From: a virus | Lineage: Duplodnaviria; Caudoviricetes | Virus record (IMG/VR): IMGVR_UViG_3300032167_000004 | Span: 64,001 to 128,000 of that record | DNA: 64,000 nt | Reading direction: 5' to 3' (one strand) | Part shown: positions 38,422 through 49,286 of the stretch, piece after piece | Layout: each line of letters begins with the position of its first letter | How positions within the stretch are numbered: position 1 is the stretch's first letter | Translations under genes and position numbers: made by a program | Notes under the pieces: model-generated | What the model saw: only the letters and a program-made list of their open reading frames with translations | What the model was told of the DNA's origin: nothing | Database searches by the model: none

Positions 38422-40524
38422 ATGAAAACCTCAGAAATTATTAAAAGATTAAATAAGTTCAATAATAAGATTTCTTCTAATAATAAATATATAAATAGAG
38501 ACGCCTCTTGGGTTCTATTTAATCAAAGATGTCTTCATCAAACCCTTAGAAAAGAAATTCCTATTATTGAACGTTGTAACTTTTTGAATATCACATCCTC
38601 TAATTTGGATGAGTTCATTTCTGTCAGATTATCTGCAATAAAAAATAAAATGTATAAAGATAAGAATGAACCTGAAATTTCTGGAATGAATCCAATGGAT
38701 GAATATTCACTATTGATTGAAGGTATTCGTGATTTTAAAGACCTTCAAAATTTGTGTTATGAAAAATTGGTTACTAAGTTAGATATTAAATATCATATTA
38801 AACTCACTAAGTTTAAAGAACTATCTAAGGATGAGAAGTCTTATATCGGAAAAATTTTCTATAATAATATCTTTCCCCTACTAGTACCAATTAATTATGA
38901 TACAACTAAAGAATTTCCAGAATTAATGTCTGGACAGTTGAGTATTATCGTAGCTATAGAAGATATTCATGATAAAAACTTTCAAGTTCTCTCTTTTATT
39001 CCTTTGGATAAAAATCTAAAAACTATTTATAAACTTCCTGATAAAAATAGATATATTACTTTGGAAGAAATTATTTATGGTTATCTTGATAAGATTTATT
39101 ATGGAAAGAAAATTCTTAATTATGGTATGATTAAGCTCATTAGAGAAGCAGATATTGAGTTGAGTCATAATGAAGATGTATATATTACAGATCGTATGAA
39201 AAGAACTCTTCTTAATAGAAGATACAGCTCTCCAATCTTTATGGATATGACATCAAATATTTCAAATGATCTTCAGAAATTATTAATGAAGATTTTTGAA
39301 TTAAATAAGAGACATATTTATGTAAATGACAATAGTATTAATTATAAAGCATTAGTTGATATTAGTATTATTGATGGTAAATATGATAAATTTGAACCTC
39401 AATATCCTGAAGAACTTCTTGGTGTCCATGATATGTTTGCAGCTATCGATAATGGAGACATTTTACTTCATCATCCATATGAAAGTTATGATCCTGTAGT
39501 TAAATTCTTAGAGCATTCTGCAAATGATAATGATGTATTATCTATTAAGCAGACACTTTATAGAGTATCTAGTATTGATTCTCCTATAGTTAATGCTCTT
39601 TGTAAAGCTGCAGAGAATGGAAAGAATGTTGCAGTAATTCTTGAAATTAAAGCAAGATTTGATGAAGATAGAAATCTCTCTATGATTGATAAGTTAAAAA
39701 CTAGTGGTGTTAAATTAATTTATGGTAATGAGACTTTAAAAACTCATTGTAAATTTATTACTGTAGTAAAACGTTCTGGTGATAAATTAAAAATTTATTC
39801 TCATATGGGTACTGGAAATTATAATGACAATACAGCTAAGATCTATACAGATATTTCTTTCTTTACATCTAATTTTAAAGTAGGTAGAGATCTTTGTACT
39901 ATTTTCAATATGTTATCTGGATTTGCTGATCCTAATGTAAATATTGATAAGTTATATTTCTCACCTTATACTCTTAGAAAGAAACTCATCAGTTCTATTG
40001 ATAATGAAATTAAGAATGCTAAAAATGGTAAGCGAGCAATTATTACTATTAAAGTAAATTCTATTTCTGATAAAATTATGATCGATAAACTATATGAAGC
40101 TTCTAAACATGGAGTACAAGTTGTAATTTTCTGTAGAGGTATATGTTCTATGAAGCCTATTAATGAGAATATTATTATTCGTTCCATTGTAGGTAGATAT
40201 CTTGAGCATAGTAGAATTTTCTATTTCTTTAATAATAAAGAACCCAATATTTATATTTCTAGTGCAGATTTGTTAACTAGAAATTTAGATAAACGGTTTG
40301 AATTATTGATTCCTTTAAAGGATGAAGATGTTAAAGAAAAAGCAATGAAGATTCTTAGTATGTATTATAGAGATGATTATAATACATATCAAATGGATAA
40401 ACATGGAAGATATCATAAACTTGATGGGAAAACTAATATTCATCAGTTATTTATGGATGAAGCTATTGAAAATTATAAGTTGAAGAGTATTCCTAAGATG
40501 GTAAAAAGAAATACAAAGAAATGA
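38422..40524 (+). CDS. ppk1: Polyphosphate kinase 1
   Basis: NRDASW..FN, SSNLDEF, DILLHHPYES, IKQTLYR, EIKARFDE..N, KTHCK (phospho-His), GTGNYN, GRYLEHSR, SSADL..RNL. Confidence 0.95.
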   Translation: MKTSEIIKRLNKFNNKISSNNKYINRDASWVLFNQRCLHQTLRKEIPIIERCNFLNITSSNLDEFISVRLSAIKNKMYKDKNEPEISGMNPMDEYSLLIEGIRDFKDLQNLCYEKLVTKLDIKYHIKLTKFKELSKDEKSYIGKIFYNNIFPLLVPINYDTTKEFPELMSGQLSIIVAIEDIHDKNFQVLSFIPLDKNLKTIYKLPDKNRYITLEEIIYGYLDKIYYGKKILNYGMIKLIREADIELSHNEDVYITDRMKRTLLNRRYSSPIFMDMTSNISNDLQKLLMKIFELNKRHIYVNDNSINYKALVDISIIDGKYDKFEPQYPEELLGVHDMFAAIDNGDILLHHPYESYDPVVKFLEHSANDNDVLSIKQTLYRVSSIDSPIVNALCKAAENGKNVAVILEIKARFDEDRNLSMIDKLKTSGVKLIYGNETLKTHCKFITVVKRSGDKLKIYSHMGTGNYNDNTAKIYTDISFFTSNFKVGRDLCTIFNMLSGFADPNVNIDKLYFSPYTLRKKLISSIDNEIKNAKNGKRAIITIKVNSISDKIMIDKLYEASKHGVQVVIFCRGICSMKPINENIIIRSIVGRYLEHSRIFYFFNNKEPNIYISSADLLTRNLDKRFELLIPLKDEDVKEKAMKILSMYYRDDYNTYQMDKHGRYHKLDGKTNIHQLFMDEAIENYKLKSIPKMVKRNTKK

Positions 40525-40527
40525 AAT

Positions 40528-40559
40528 TAGGGAATCCTGGAATTAACCAGGATTCCCTA
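40528..40559. terminator. Bidirectional terminator
   Basis: TAGGGAATCCTGG/CCAGGATTCCCTA between convergent genes. Confidence 0.8.
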
Positions 40560-40581
40560 TTATATTATTTTTTTATTCTTT

Positions 40582-43458
40582 TTACATAATTTCGTCAATA
40601 TTAGTATCTAACCACATTCCACCAACAGGCATACTGCTATCAGGTTCAACTGCACCAACTGATATAATAGAACTAACATCAGACATATATGCTAAAGTAT
40701 TTATTTCATTAAATGTAAGTTTACCAGACTCATTAATACCTAATTTATCAATAGTATCTTTATTTAAATGATTGTGACGTAAGGTAACAGCATCATCAAT
40801 TTCACTAGTTTCAGATGTAGGGCCACCAATGATACTACTCCATGCAACTGATCCTGCACTACCAGTAATATCAGCAGGCAGTTTACCATCTGCATTTAAT
40901 TTTAAAATTTTATTAGGAACTGCATTATTTACAACTTCATTAATAGAAACAAAATTATTATTTGCATCATTTACAGAAATTGCATCAGTAATACCATAAC
41001 CTTCTAATGTATTAGGTTTGCTCTGAACGCCAGACCATTCAACATTAGTAGCAGTTGCAGCATTACCAGTAATATCAGCAGGTAATTTACCTTCTTCATC
41101 TAACTTAAGAAGTTTACCAGCTTCAGGATTAGAAGAAACGTCTTCAACATTTACAAATGTATTATCAATATGCTCACTGGTATAAGCATCAGTAATACCA
41201 TAACCACTTAATGTAGTAGGAGTATTCTGAACACCAGACCACGGAACTGCAGTTGCAGCTGCAGCAGTATATACTTCATAACCAGCTTCAGAACCTAACT
41301 TAGATTCATCTACAACAAAATACATTTTACCCGTATTTTCAACTTTAACAGTATCACCATTTTGTACATTTAAATTTGTTAAAGAGAAACGAGCAGTATC
41401 AGAAGCTACAACAATACAACGTTCTAAAGCACCATGAGGTAAATTTGCTAATGGGATAATACCATTTAAAATACTTGCAGGTAATTTACCCTCAGTATCT
41501 AATTTAAGAATTTTACTAGGTTCTGCACTATCAACAACATCTGTTACATGAATATATTTTTCATCAGATTCAGTTTTATTATAAGCATCAGTAATACCAT
41601 AACCACTTAATGTGTTAGGAGTGTTCTGAACGCCAGACCATTCAACATTAGTAGCAGTTGCAGCATTACCAGTGATATCAGCAGGTAACTTAGCTTCTTC
41701 ATTTAATTTTAATAATTTACCAGCTTCAGGAGCAGAAACAACTTCAGATTTATTAATGAATGTATTATCAATATGCTCACTGGTATAAGCATCAGTAATA
41801 CCATAACCTTCTAATGTATTAGGTTTGCTCTGAACGCCAGACCATTCAACATTAGTAGCAGTTGCAGCATTACCAGTAATATTTGCAGGAAGTTCACCAT
41901 TTTCATTTAATTTTAATACTTTATTCGGTGTAGGTACACTTACTATATCTACATTAGAAATTGCATCAGTAATACCATAACCACTTAATGTGTTAGGAGT
42001 GTTCTGAACGCCAGACCATTCAACATTAGCTGCACTACCAGTAATATCAGCAGGCAATTTACCTTCACCGTTTAACTTAAGCAGTTTACCTGCTTCAGGA
42101 GTATCAGATACATTGTCAGTAGATACGAAATCAGTAGCACGTTTACCATCAAGAGTTTTTGCATCACCAGTAATATCTGTAGGAAGTTTACCTTCTTCAT
42201 TTAATTTTAACAATTTACCTGCTTCAGGAGTATCAGATACATTGTCAGTAGATACGAAATCAGTAGCACGTTTACCATCAAGAGTTTTTGCATCACCAGT
42301 AATATCAGTAGGTAATTTACCTTGTTCATCTAACTTAAGAAGTTTACCAGCTTCAGCATAATCAGTGATAATATTAGTGTTAACTGCATCAGTGATACCA
42401 TAACCTGCTATAGTTGTAGGTTTATTTGTAATACCAGACCAAGCAACATTAGATGCTGTGCCTGCAGAATATACTTCATAGCCGCCATCTTCATGTAATT
42501 TTGAAACGTCGACTACAAAATACATCATTCCAGTATCATTAACTTTAACAGTATCACCAAGTTGTACATCTTCAGGTGTTAATTCATATCTTGCAGTGTC
42601 ATCAGTAACAACAACACAACGTTCTAAAGCACCATGAGGTAAACTTGCAAGAGGAATTGTACCAGATAAAATAGATGCAGGAATCTGAGCATTATCATCT
42701 AATTTTAAAATTTTACCAGCTTCAGGTACTGAAACAATATCATCATTTTTAACAAATAAATTATCAACCTGAGTGCTAGTATATACGTCTTCAATACCTA
42801 AACTTCCAAGGTCTGTAGGTTTGTCGGGAAGATTTTCCCAACTAATATCAGACATATATGCGATAGGATTAGACTCATAGCGAACCCTATTATCAGCAGT
42901 ATCAAATTTATCGATAACTTCTTTATTTAAATGATTATGTTTAACAGAAACTGCATTATCAATATCTTGAACTGATGAAGTGGGTTTATTTTGTAAATTT
43001 TCCCAAGAAATCTCAGGAATTTCTTCAGATTCGAGTTCAACAGTACGTAAAGTATAATCACCCTGGACTATATTTAAAGTATAACCAGTATCCTTATTAC
43101 CAACGGTGATTAATTCACCAGGATGAACACTAGACTTATTACTGTTTACGAATCTAGTAGCTTCTTCAATAGAGGAGAAAGTTAAATTTTTACCAATTTC
43201 TTGAATAGACTTATCCGATTTGATTATACATAAACTATAATCAGTATCTTGAATATTATTAGAAATGTCACCATTTGCAACAGCAATAATCTGACCAGGA
43301 TATGCATAAGAACCAGGTTCATTAATATATGCTAATACTTCATCTTTATTATTAAAAACACTCGTAGGATCAATAGGAAATGCACCCATTCTAGAATACA
43401 TTTTCAATAATCCTAAAACGAGATTTTCATTTTCATTTATATAAGGAAAATTAGCCAT
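40582..43458 (-). CDS. Repeat-built tail fibre protein
   Basis: Repeated GKLLKL..EGKLPADITG, WSGVQN.P.TL.GYGITDA, HNH.NK and GALERC modules. Confidence 0.8.
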   Translation of the reverse strand: MANFPYINENENLVLGLLKMYSRMGAFPIDPTSVFNNKDEVLAYINEPGSYAYPGQIIAVANGDISNNIQDTDYSLCIIKSDKSIQEIGKNLTFSSIEEATRFVNSNKSSVHPGELITVGNKDTGYTLNIVQGDYTLRTVELESEEIPEISWENLQNKPTSSVQDIDNAVSVKHNHLNKEVIDKFDTADNRVRYESNPIAYMSDISWENLPDKPTDLGSLGIEDVYTSTQVDNLFVKNDDIVSVPEAGKILKLDDNAQIPASILSGTIPLASLPHGALERCVVVTDDTARYELTPEDVQLGDTVKVNDTGMMYFVVDVSKLHEDGGYEVYSAGTASNVAWSGITNKPTTIAGYGITDAVNTNIITDYAEAGKLLKLDEQGKLPTDITGDAKTLDGKRATDFVSTDNVSDTPEAGKLLKLNEEGKLPTDITGDAKTLDGKRATDFVSTDNVSDTPEAGKLLKLNGEGKLPADITGSAANVEWSGVQNTPNTLSGYGITDAISNVDIVSVPTPNKVLKLNENGELPANITGNAATATNVEWSGVQSKPNTLEGYGITDAYTSEHIDNTFINKSEVVSAPEAGKLLKLNEEAKLPADITGNAATATNVEWSGVQNTPNTLSGYGITDAYNKTESDEKYIHVTDVVDSAEPSKILKLDTEGKLPASILNGIIPLANLPHGALERCIVVASDTARFSLTNLNVQNGDTVKVENTGKMYFVVDESKLGSEAGYEVYTAAAATAVPWSGVQNTPTTLSGYGITDAYTSEHIDNTFVNVEDVSSNPEAGKLLKLDEEGKLPADITGNAATATNVEWSGVQSKPNTLEGYGITDAISVNDANNNFVSINEVVNNAVPNKILKLNADGKLPADITGSAGSVAWSSIIGGPTSETSEIDDAVTLRHNHLNKDTIDKLGINESGKLTFNEINTLAYMSDVSSIISVGAVEPDSSMPVGGMWLDTNIDEIM

Positions 43459-43476
43459 AATTACTTCCTCCTTTCT

Positions 43477-44394
43477 TTAAATTGTAACTTTAAATGTCAT
43501 ATCAGACGGGAAAGGCTGTTCAGGAATAAAACTGTATACCTTATAATCAATGGCAGTAAAATTATTAGCACCTTCAACAGGAACTATAGATTTAGTAAAT
43601 ACTGCTTTAGACTCATCATTACCCATCTCAATATATTCGACACTAGTAACATCTCTAAGGTTTGCAGGATATGCAAAAGTTGCACGAGTCTGACCTTTAA
43701 GAATATTAATAGTAAATGTAGTACCTTCAGTAGCACCATGGTTACTAGAGTTGGTTAAAGTACGAACTGTATTAGATGAATTTGCAGGAGTAGTGACAGT
43801 ATCAGTACCCCAGAAATATTTACGGAAACTAGTATAAGTTATAGGGGTGGAAGTTTTACTACCGGAAGGAATACTACCAGTAGGATAATTTTCACCAAAA
43901 TTATCTTTTTTTATTAAACCTGCAGCATAAGTTGCAGTTGCAGTATAATTTGTAACTCCAGTAATAGTTAAATTTTCAACATAAGAAATAGGAGATACGG
44001 TTGACATTTCAACTTGTACATTATTTTTCTTAATAACAATATTATTTAAAGAACCTGCATCGTTTTTGATAAACTCACCACTAATCATAATGGCTGCATT
44101 AGTACCTTCTTCATAATATCCACCAACTGTACCACTTGATACAGAAATAGAAACAGAAGGAGCGGTATATTTAGGAGGAACACGTACCTGTACCAATTTA
44201 CGAACGATAGAATCAATAGATGTTCCAGCTGCAATAGTATCACCGTTAACAAAGGAGCCAATACCATCTGTATCTAACATAACAGGAATTTCTTCAGCTG
44301 TTTTAACGTTAGCCGTTTTAGTAATTGGATGTAAAACAGTAAATGAACCATCAGATTTTTTAGTTTTCATTAAAAAATCAATAACTTCAGACAT
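43477..44394 (-). CDS. Tail-associated beta-rich structural protein
   Basis: 305 aa, Thr/Ser-rich Ig-like composition within tail operon. Confidence 0.55.
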   Translation of the reverse strand: MSEVIDFLMKTKKSDGSFTVLHPITKTANVKTAEEIPVMLDTDGIGSFVNGDTIAAGTSIDSIVRKLVQVRVPPKYTAPSVSISVSSGTVGGYYEEGTNAAIMISGEFIKNDAGSLNNIVIKKNNVQVEMSTVSPISYVENLTITGVTNYTATATYAAGLIKKDNFGENYPTGSIPSGSKTSTPITYTSFRKYFWGTDTVTTPANSSNTVRTLTNSSNHGATEGTTFTINILKGQTRATFAYPANLRDVTSVEYIEMGNDESKAVFTKSIVPVEGANNFTAIDYKVYSFIPEQPFPSDMTFKVTI

Positions 44395-44457
44395 AATTAT
44401 ATTTTCACTCCTTTACTATAATTTTATCAATATGTAAATACCGTTAATATATTATTT

Positions 44458-45159
44458 TTACCATATATCATCAGACAGATCAGTGTCAATCCATAGAATA
44501 ACTTCATTGCTGGTAGGATTAGATTTATTAACAGAAACATCTTTCTGTTCATCGATAACAATCTGTTCACCACCATCAATTGAAGTAAGACCTTCAATAG
44601 ACATAATTCCTTCATCTTCAATATCAAATACAAGTCCACCCATTACCAGGTTTGACAAATCAGCACTACCTGTATCTTCAACAATAGGAATTTCGGATTG
44701 ATCAAATAACAGTATAATACCTGTAGTAGTATCAGGATTGATAGGATCATCAGGATCAACAGGGGGAATATCAGGTTCTGTTCCAGGTTTATATCCAGGA
44801 ATTGTGATATAATGGGATGAAAACTCGTCAGGTGTTAACCAAAGTTTAGTAATAGGTTCTCTAGGTCTATATTCTGAAATAACAACAACTTTATCAGCAC
44901 CAGCACCAACAGTATCTGATAACGTAGTTTTATTCCATTTAGATTCATCATATGGACCTGTTACATAATCATCAGTAGCAGTAACAACTCGGATTTCATT
45001 ATTATCAGTATCAATGATAAATGATTTATCACCAGTATTATATATTTTATTTTGATCGTAGATCGAAATATCTCCACTACCAAAAATAAAATTCTTTAAT
45101 AAATTTAATATACCTTGTCTATCTAGAATATTATTATCAATTACAGAAAATCTACCCAT
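44458..45159 (-). CDS. Tail/baseplate-associated protein
   Basis: 233 aa, AGGAGGTG RBS, Pro/Asp linker, C-terminal P...LWIDT motif. Confidence 0.55.
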   Translation of the reverse strand: MGRFSVIDNNILDRQGILNLLKNFIFGSGDISIYDQNKIYNTGDKSFIIDTDNNEIRVVTATDDYVTGPYDESKWNKTTLSDTVGAGADKVVVISEYRPREPITKLWLTPDEFSSHYITIPGYKPGTEPDIPPVDPDDPINPDTTTGIILLFDQSEIPIVEDTGSADLSNLVMGGLVFDIEDEGIMSIEGLTSIDGGEQIVIDEQKDVSVNKSNPTSNEVILWIDTDLSDDIW

Positions 45160-45175
45160 TGTATATCACCTCCTT

Positions 45176-45838
45176 TTATACTTGAACTACTGCAAATAAA
45201 CTATTAAATATAGGTCTTATATTTTTAGTATTTTCAGTAATTTCGCCTGAATAACTAACTAAATAATTTTTAACTTTAAAAGATGTCAATACAAATCCTG
45301 CAATTACCTTACCTTTAGGAACTTTAATAAAATCATCATCTGTTAAATTAAATACCTTATGATTAATCTGATCTATTGATTCTGAAATAACAATAGGATC
45401 AGACGTTGTATCATCATTATAATATATTAATAACTCCATATCTAGTAACAAATTATTTCTTTCACTAGATATTCCTGATTTATTAACAGTAATTGCATCG
45501 ATATCTACATTAAATAATATCTTTTTACAATTATAATAGGGTATAGTTATTGTATTTGTAATATAATTTTTATCAAATTCCATTATAAAAGGTGCATATA
45601 CATCATTATCCATTTCAACATTTATAATATCTCCATAAATAGACATATTATTAGCAATTGATTTAGTTTCTATGATGTGTGACTTAAGTCGTGAATTATA
45701 ATTATATGATATAGTATCACCGGTTTGAGTTTTAACAAGAACTTCACCAGTAAACTTATCAATCATTACTTCTTCATTATACGCATCATCAAATCTATCT
45801 TTAGATAATAGCGAAACACCAAATCTATATTCCGGCAT
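45176..45838 (-). CDS. Putative structural protein
   Basis: 220 aa, late motif at 45868-45879. Confidence 0.5.
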   Translation of the reverse strand: MPEYRFGVSLLSKDRFDDAYNEEVMIDKFTGEVLVKTQTGDTISYNYNSRLKSHIIETKSIANNMSIYGDIINVEMDNDVYAPFIMEFDKNYITNTITIPYYNCKKILFNVDIDAITVNKSGISSERNNLLLDMELLIYYNDDTTSDPIVISESIDQINHKVFNLTDDDFIKVPKGKVIAGFVLTSFKVKNYLVSYSGEITENTKNIRPIFNSLFAVVQV

Positions 45839-45880
45839 GTATGTTTACACCGCCTTTCTTTTTTTATTAATATAATGTTT

Positions 45881-48508
45881 TTAAGTCTTAAGTATGGTGT
45901 TCGTATCAGGATTTAATAAAATATTATTTTCAGTGATATGTAATATATCAGGATTTAAAAATAGATCATTATCGGTATTAATAAATAATGTTGGATATTT
46001 ATCCACCATAGATTGTGTAATCTGTAAAGTATCGGGATTAATTAATTTAATATAATTCCAGAGATATTCATTAAAAAACTCTTCAATTTCTACTATGATA
46101 TCATCAATTAAATCTGGAATTGTATCCTCAATATCAGGTAAACCGTCCTCGATATCATCAATAATTTCATCAAATATTTTAGAACTGATGTCATCAGTAG
46201 GATAATCATCTCCCCAATCAAGACAATCTAAATTCTTTTGATATATTTCAAGATTTGTTAAGGTAGGTACATCTTTAAGTATAAATATATAAGGTGCCAC
46301 AATTTCTATATTAGATTCATGGAGTCGTAAACCATTTAAATATATATCATACCACTTAAAATCTAACGGTTTATTAATTTTACCAGTTAAATTAACAATA
46401 CCTTTTTTATTTATTCTTCTCTCATAATGTACCATAAAATATTTATTACTATTATATACAAGTGTATATTCATCATTAGGATCCTGTTTCATCATGCCTC
46501 TAATAGCATGAGGACCTGATGCATTATCTGAGAATAAATATCTACGCAACTTCTGAGGAATTAATCTACCATTACGATATAATAAGATATTTTTTCTATC
46601 ATTATTGATTTCTCTATCAATAATAACTTCATTACTACCTTTTACAACTTGTTTAAAACTAACCCTGTTTACATTAATATCTACAGTTTTACCAATATCT
46701 AAAGGATTAATAAATTTAATATAAATTTTTTTATAATTATAAAAATCATTAGATGTTATTTGATAATAACCACCATCAAGATATGCATATAAACTATAAT
46801 CATTTTTAGATAAATAGATATTCTGATCATCCAAAGATTTAGTGGTGACATAAATATCAGACGGTTGAATATATTGATCTTCAGGTATATTAACTTTATG
46901 ATAAGATATATTATCAATTATTTCTATGGATTGTTTATATCTATAATCTACAAATTTTTCTACAGTAATACGACTATTAGAATTTATCATTCTAATAGGA
47001 ATGTATATATAGTAATAACGATTATCATGGAATGTATATAAATCATTGGTTTGATAAGAATCAATTAATATATTAATTTTATCACCTTTTTTATATCTGA
47101 AAGTAAATAAATAACATGTTTCATTAAAGGTGACTCTTTCAGTAGTTTCTTTAATTTCTTTAAAATTATTAGACCTATATCTGTCAGTTAAATCATCTAT
47201 TTCAGATACATCAATATCAAAAGTTGGAATATATCCAATTAATTTATGTAAATAAATTGAATAATAATTACCATTTTTATATATCATATTATTCAACTTA
47301 TTCATCTTATATTTAAGATGATCTAATTTAGAATTAGTCCAATCATCATGATCATATGTCATTGAAATAGGTTTATAATTTTTAATAATATCAGGAATTG
47401 AATTATCAGCATATTTTTCTAATACATTTTTAGTAAATCTATAATATAATGACAATTCATTTTCATACTTAGATCCTATAGATTTTGTATCATCAGCATA
47501 ATATATATAAATAATCATATCATCATCATGACCAGTATATAATTCATATATATTAGGATAATGTAATATTACCTTTGTAGTATGATCAAAGAATACATCA
47601 ATTCCGGATTTTCTAAAAATGATAATATTTTCAATAGGAACAGGCATATCCTTTATAGGTAATTCAAAATACTTAGTACCTGCAGGAATATCTATAGTAT
47701 CGAAATGATTTAATAAAAAAATATTTCTAATATCTGTATGTATATTAGTTAATGCTAATACCTGCTCACTATTAAGTTTTAATTTATTTTCTTCATTTTT
47801 AAAAGCTTTAATAAATTTATATTTATACAATTGTGTATCATCATATGTTATCCATGTAGTAAAATTATTAGTTTCAGATATCATATTAGAATTTTCAAAA
47901 TTTACAATAGGAATACCATTATACTTAGGTACTATTGTATAGTTTCTTATCGTTCCTCGATTAGAATGAAGTGTAGATATATTATGAGCTTTAACAATTA
48001 AAACTGTCATTTTACTATGAGATTCAATCAAATCCCTAATTTCTAATTTAGTAAATCCATCATGTATATATCTTTCACCAGGTTTATGAACAGGACATTG
48101 TTCAAATACTCTAAATGATACAGTAGTAATATTTTCCAACATGTTAATACGATAATTAGTATACATTTCACCATTTATAAAAACAAATATATTATTACTA
48201 AATATATTTGGATTAGAATTGATTTCATCTGGAGTTAATAATTTTTTATAAAATTTTGACTGCTTAAATTTAGTTCTATTTTTATTTGTAATAAATTGTA
48301 AATTTAAATTATATGAGCATTCTGTTTCTGTAAATTTTGTCATATTAGCCATATCAAAATCAAATCTAATCATACCTGAAAGTGATTTTTGTGCATCATA
48401 TAAATTATTAAATATAGATTCTTTTATATCCCATAAAGTCTCATTCAATATTTTAATATTGAATTGATCTTTACCGATAAGTTCATATACGTGCTTATTA
48501 TCAGACAT
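45881..48508 (-). CDS. Large virion structural protein (baseplate-like)
   Basis: 875 aa with repeated F/Y.NG beta motifs; late motif at 48549-48560. Confidence 0.55.
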   Translation of the reverse strand: MSDNKHVYELIGKDQFNIKILNETLWDIKESIFNNLYDAQKSLSGMIRFDFDMANMTKFTETECSYNLNLQFITNKNRTKFKQSKFYKKLLTPDEINSNPNIFSNNIFVFINGEMYTNYRINMLENITTVSFRVFEQCPVHKPGERYIHDGFTKLEIRDLIESHSKMTVLIVKAHNISTLHSNRGTIRNYTIVPKYNGIPIVNFENSNMISETNNFTTWITYDDTQLYKYKFIKAFKNEENKLKLNSEQVLALTNIHTDIRNIFLLNHFDTIDIPAGTKYFELPIKDMPVPIENIIIFRKSGIDVFFDHTTKVILHYPNIYELYTGHDDDMIIYIYYADDTKSIGSKYENELSLYYRFTKNVLEKYADNSIPDIIKNYKPISMTYDHDDWTNSKLDHLKYKMNKLNNMIYKNGNYYSIYLHKLIGYIPTFDIDVSEIDDLTDRYRSNNFKEIKETTERVTFNETCYLFTFRYKKGDKINILIDSYQTNDLYTFHDNRYYYIYIPIRMINSNSRITVEKFVDYRYKQSIEIIDNISYHKVNIPEDQYIQPSDIYVTTKSLDDQNIYLSKNDYSLYAYLDGGYYQITSNDFYNYKKIYIKFINPLDIGKTVDINVNRVSFKQVVKGSNEVIIDREINNDRKNILLYRNGRLIPQKLRRYLFSDNASGPHAIRGMMKQDPNDEYTLVYNSNKYFMVHYERRINKKGIVNLTGKINKPLDFKWYDIYLNGLRLHESNIEIVAPYIFILKDVPTLTNLEIYQKNLDCLDWGDDYPTDDISSKIFDEIIDDIEDGLPDIEDTIPDLIDDIIVEIEEFFNEYLWNYIKLINPDTLQITQSMVDKYPTLFINTDNDLFLNPDILHITENNILLNPDTNTILKT

Positions 48509-48642
48509 TTATTTCACTTCCTTTACGTATATATTAAATATCTATTTTTATATTAATGTTAAAAAACGTAAAAGATATAGAAAACTGCGATTTGAGTTAA
48601 AAAATAAATGGATTTAGAACTTAGTCTAAATCCATTTATAAA

Positions 48643-49161
48643 TTATTGTAAGAAGTCATTATTTTCTAAATGCTCCATATATCTATCTTCAATTAATTTA
48701 GCATGATGTTCAGTAATATGATTTTTAAAATCTTGATGTTCATCACAGTAACTATTATAATGAACAATATCAAATAAAACCTGGTCATAACTATCTTTAC
48801 TATGAAGAATACCATGCATTAAATCATCACCAAATGCAAGAATCCGATTTCTAGTATTAACAGCATCTCTTTCATCATCTTTATTTTCAACAAATTCTAT
48901 TTTATCATTCATTTTTTTCATTTCAGTTTTTAAATAGTCAAAATCATTGTTCATCTTATCAATTTTAGTATTAATGTTTTGATTAATAATATCCCCAATT
49001 ATCGTTAAACCTTTTGTTAAAATTTTTTTGATAAAAGTCCAAGGATTTATTTTGATCGGAGTAATCTCAATAAAATATATTAATATTAGACCACCACTAA
49101 TAACAATATTCCTAGTTCCAATTAAGTCATATATATATTTAAATATTTCTTCAAGACTCAT
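48643..49161 (-). CDS. Holin-like membrane protein
   Basis: N-terminal TM with IEITPIKINPW, coiled coil, RIL.F.D...H..FKN pattern seen in Clostridia phage lysis regions; RBS favours start at 49161. Confidence 0.55.
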   Translation of the reverse strand: MSLEEIFKYIYDLIGTRNIVISGGLILIYFIEITPIKINPWTFIKKILTKGLTIIGDIINQNINTKIDKMNNDFDYLKTEMKKMNDKIEFVENKDDERDAVNTRNRILAFGDDLMHGILHSKDSYDQVLFDIVHYNSYCDEHQDFKNHITEHHAKLIEDRYMEHLENNDFLQ

Positions 49162-49286
49162 AATTAATAAATACCCCCTTTCTGTATTATTAATCATAAT
49201 TTTAAAGTAAGCTATTTATTAATATGTTTAAATGAAAAAATAATGGGTATATAGAAAACTATATACCCATTATTAACTATTTCATG

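Noticed and set aside
34739-40524. Inteins in NrdJ or PPK1; host-chromosome origin of these genes
   Set aside because: Lengths and motifs are continuous with no intein signatures; both genes carry phage promoter motifs and phage-like composition
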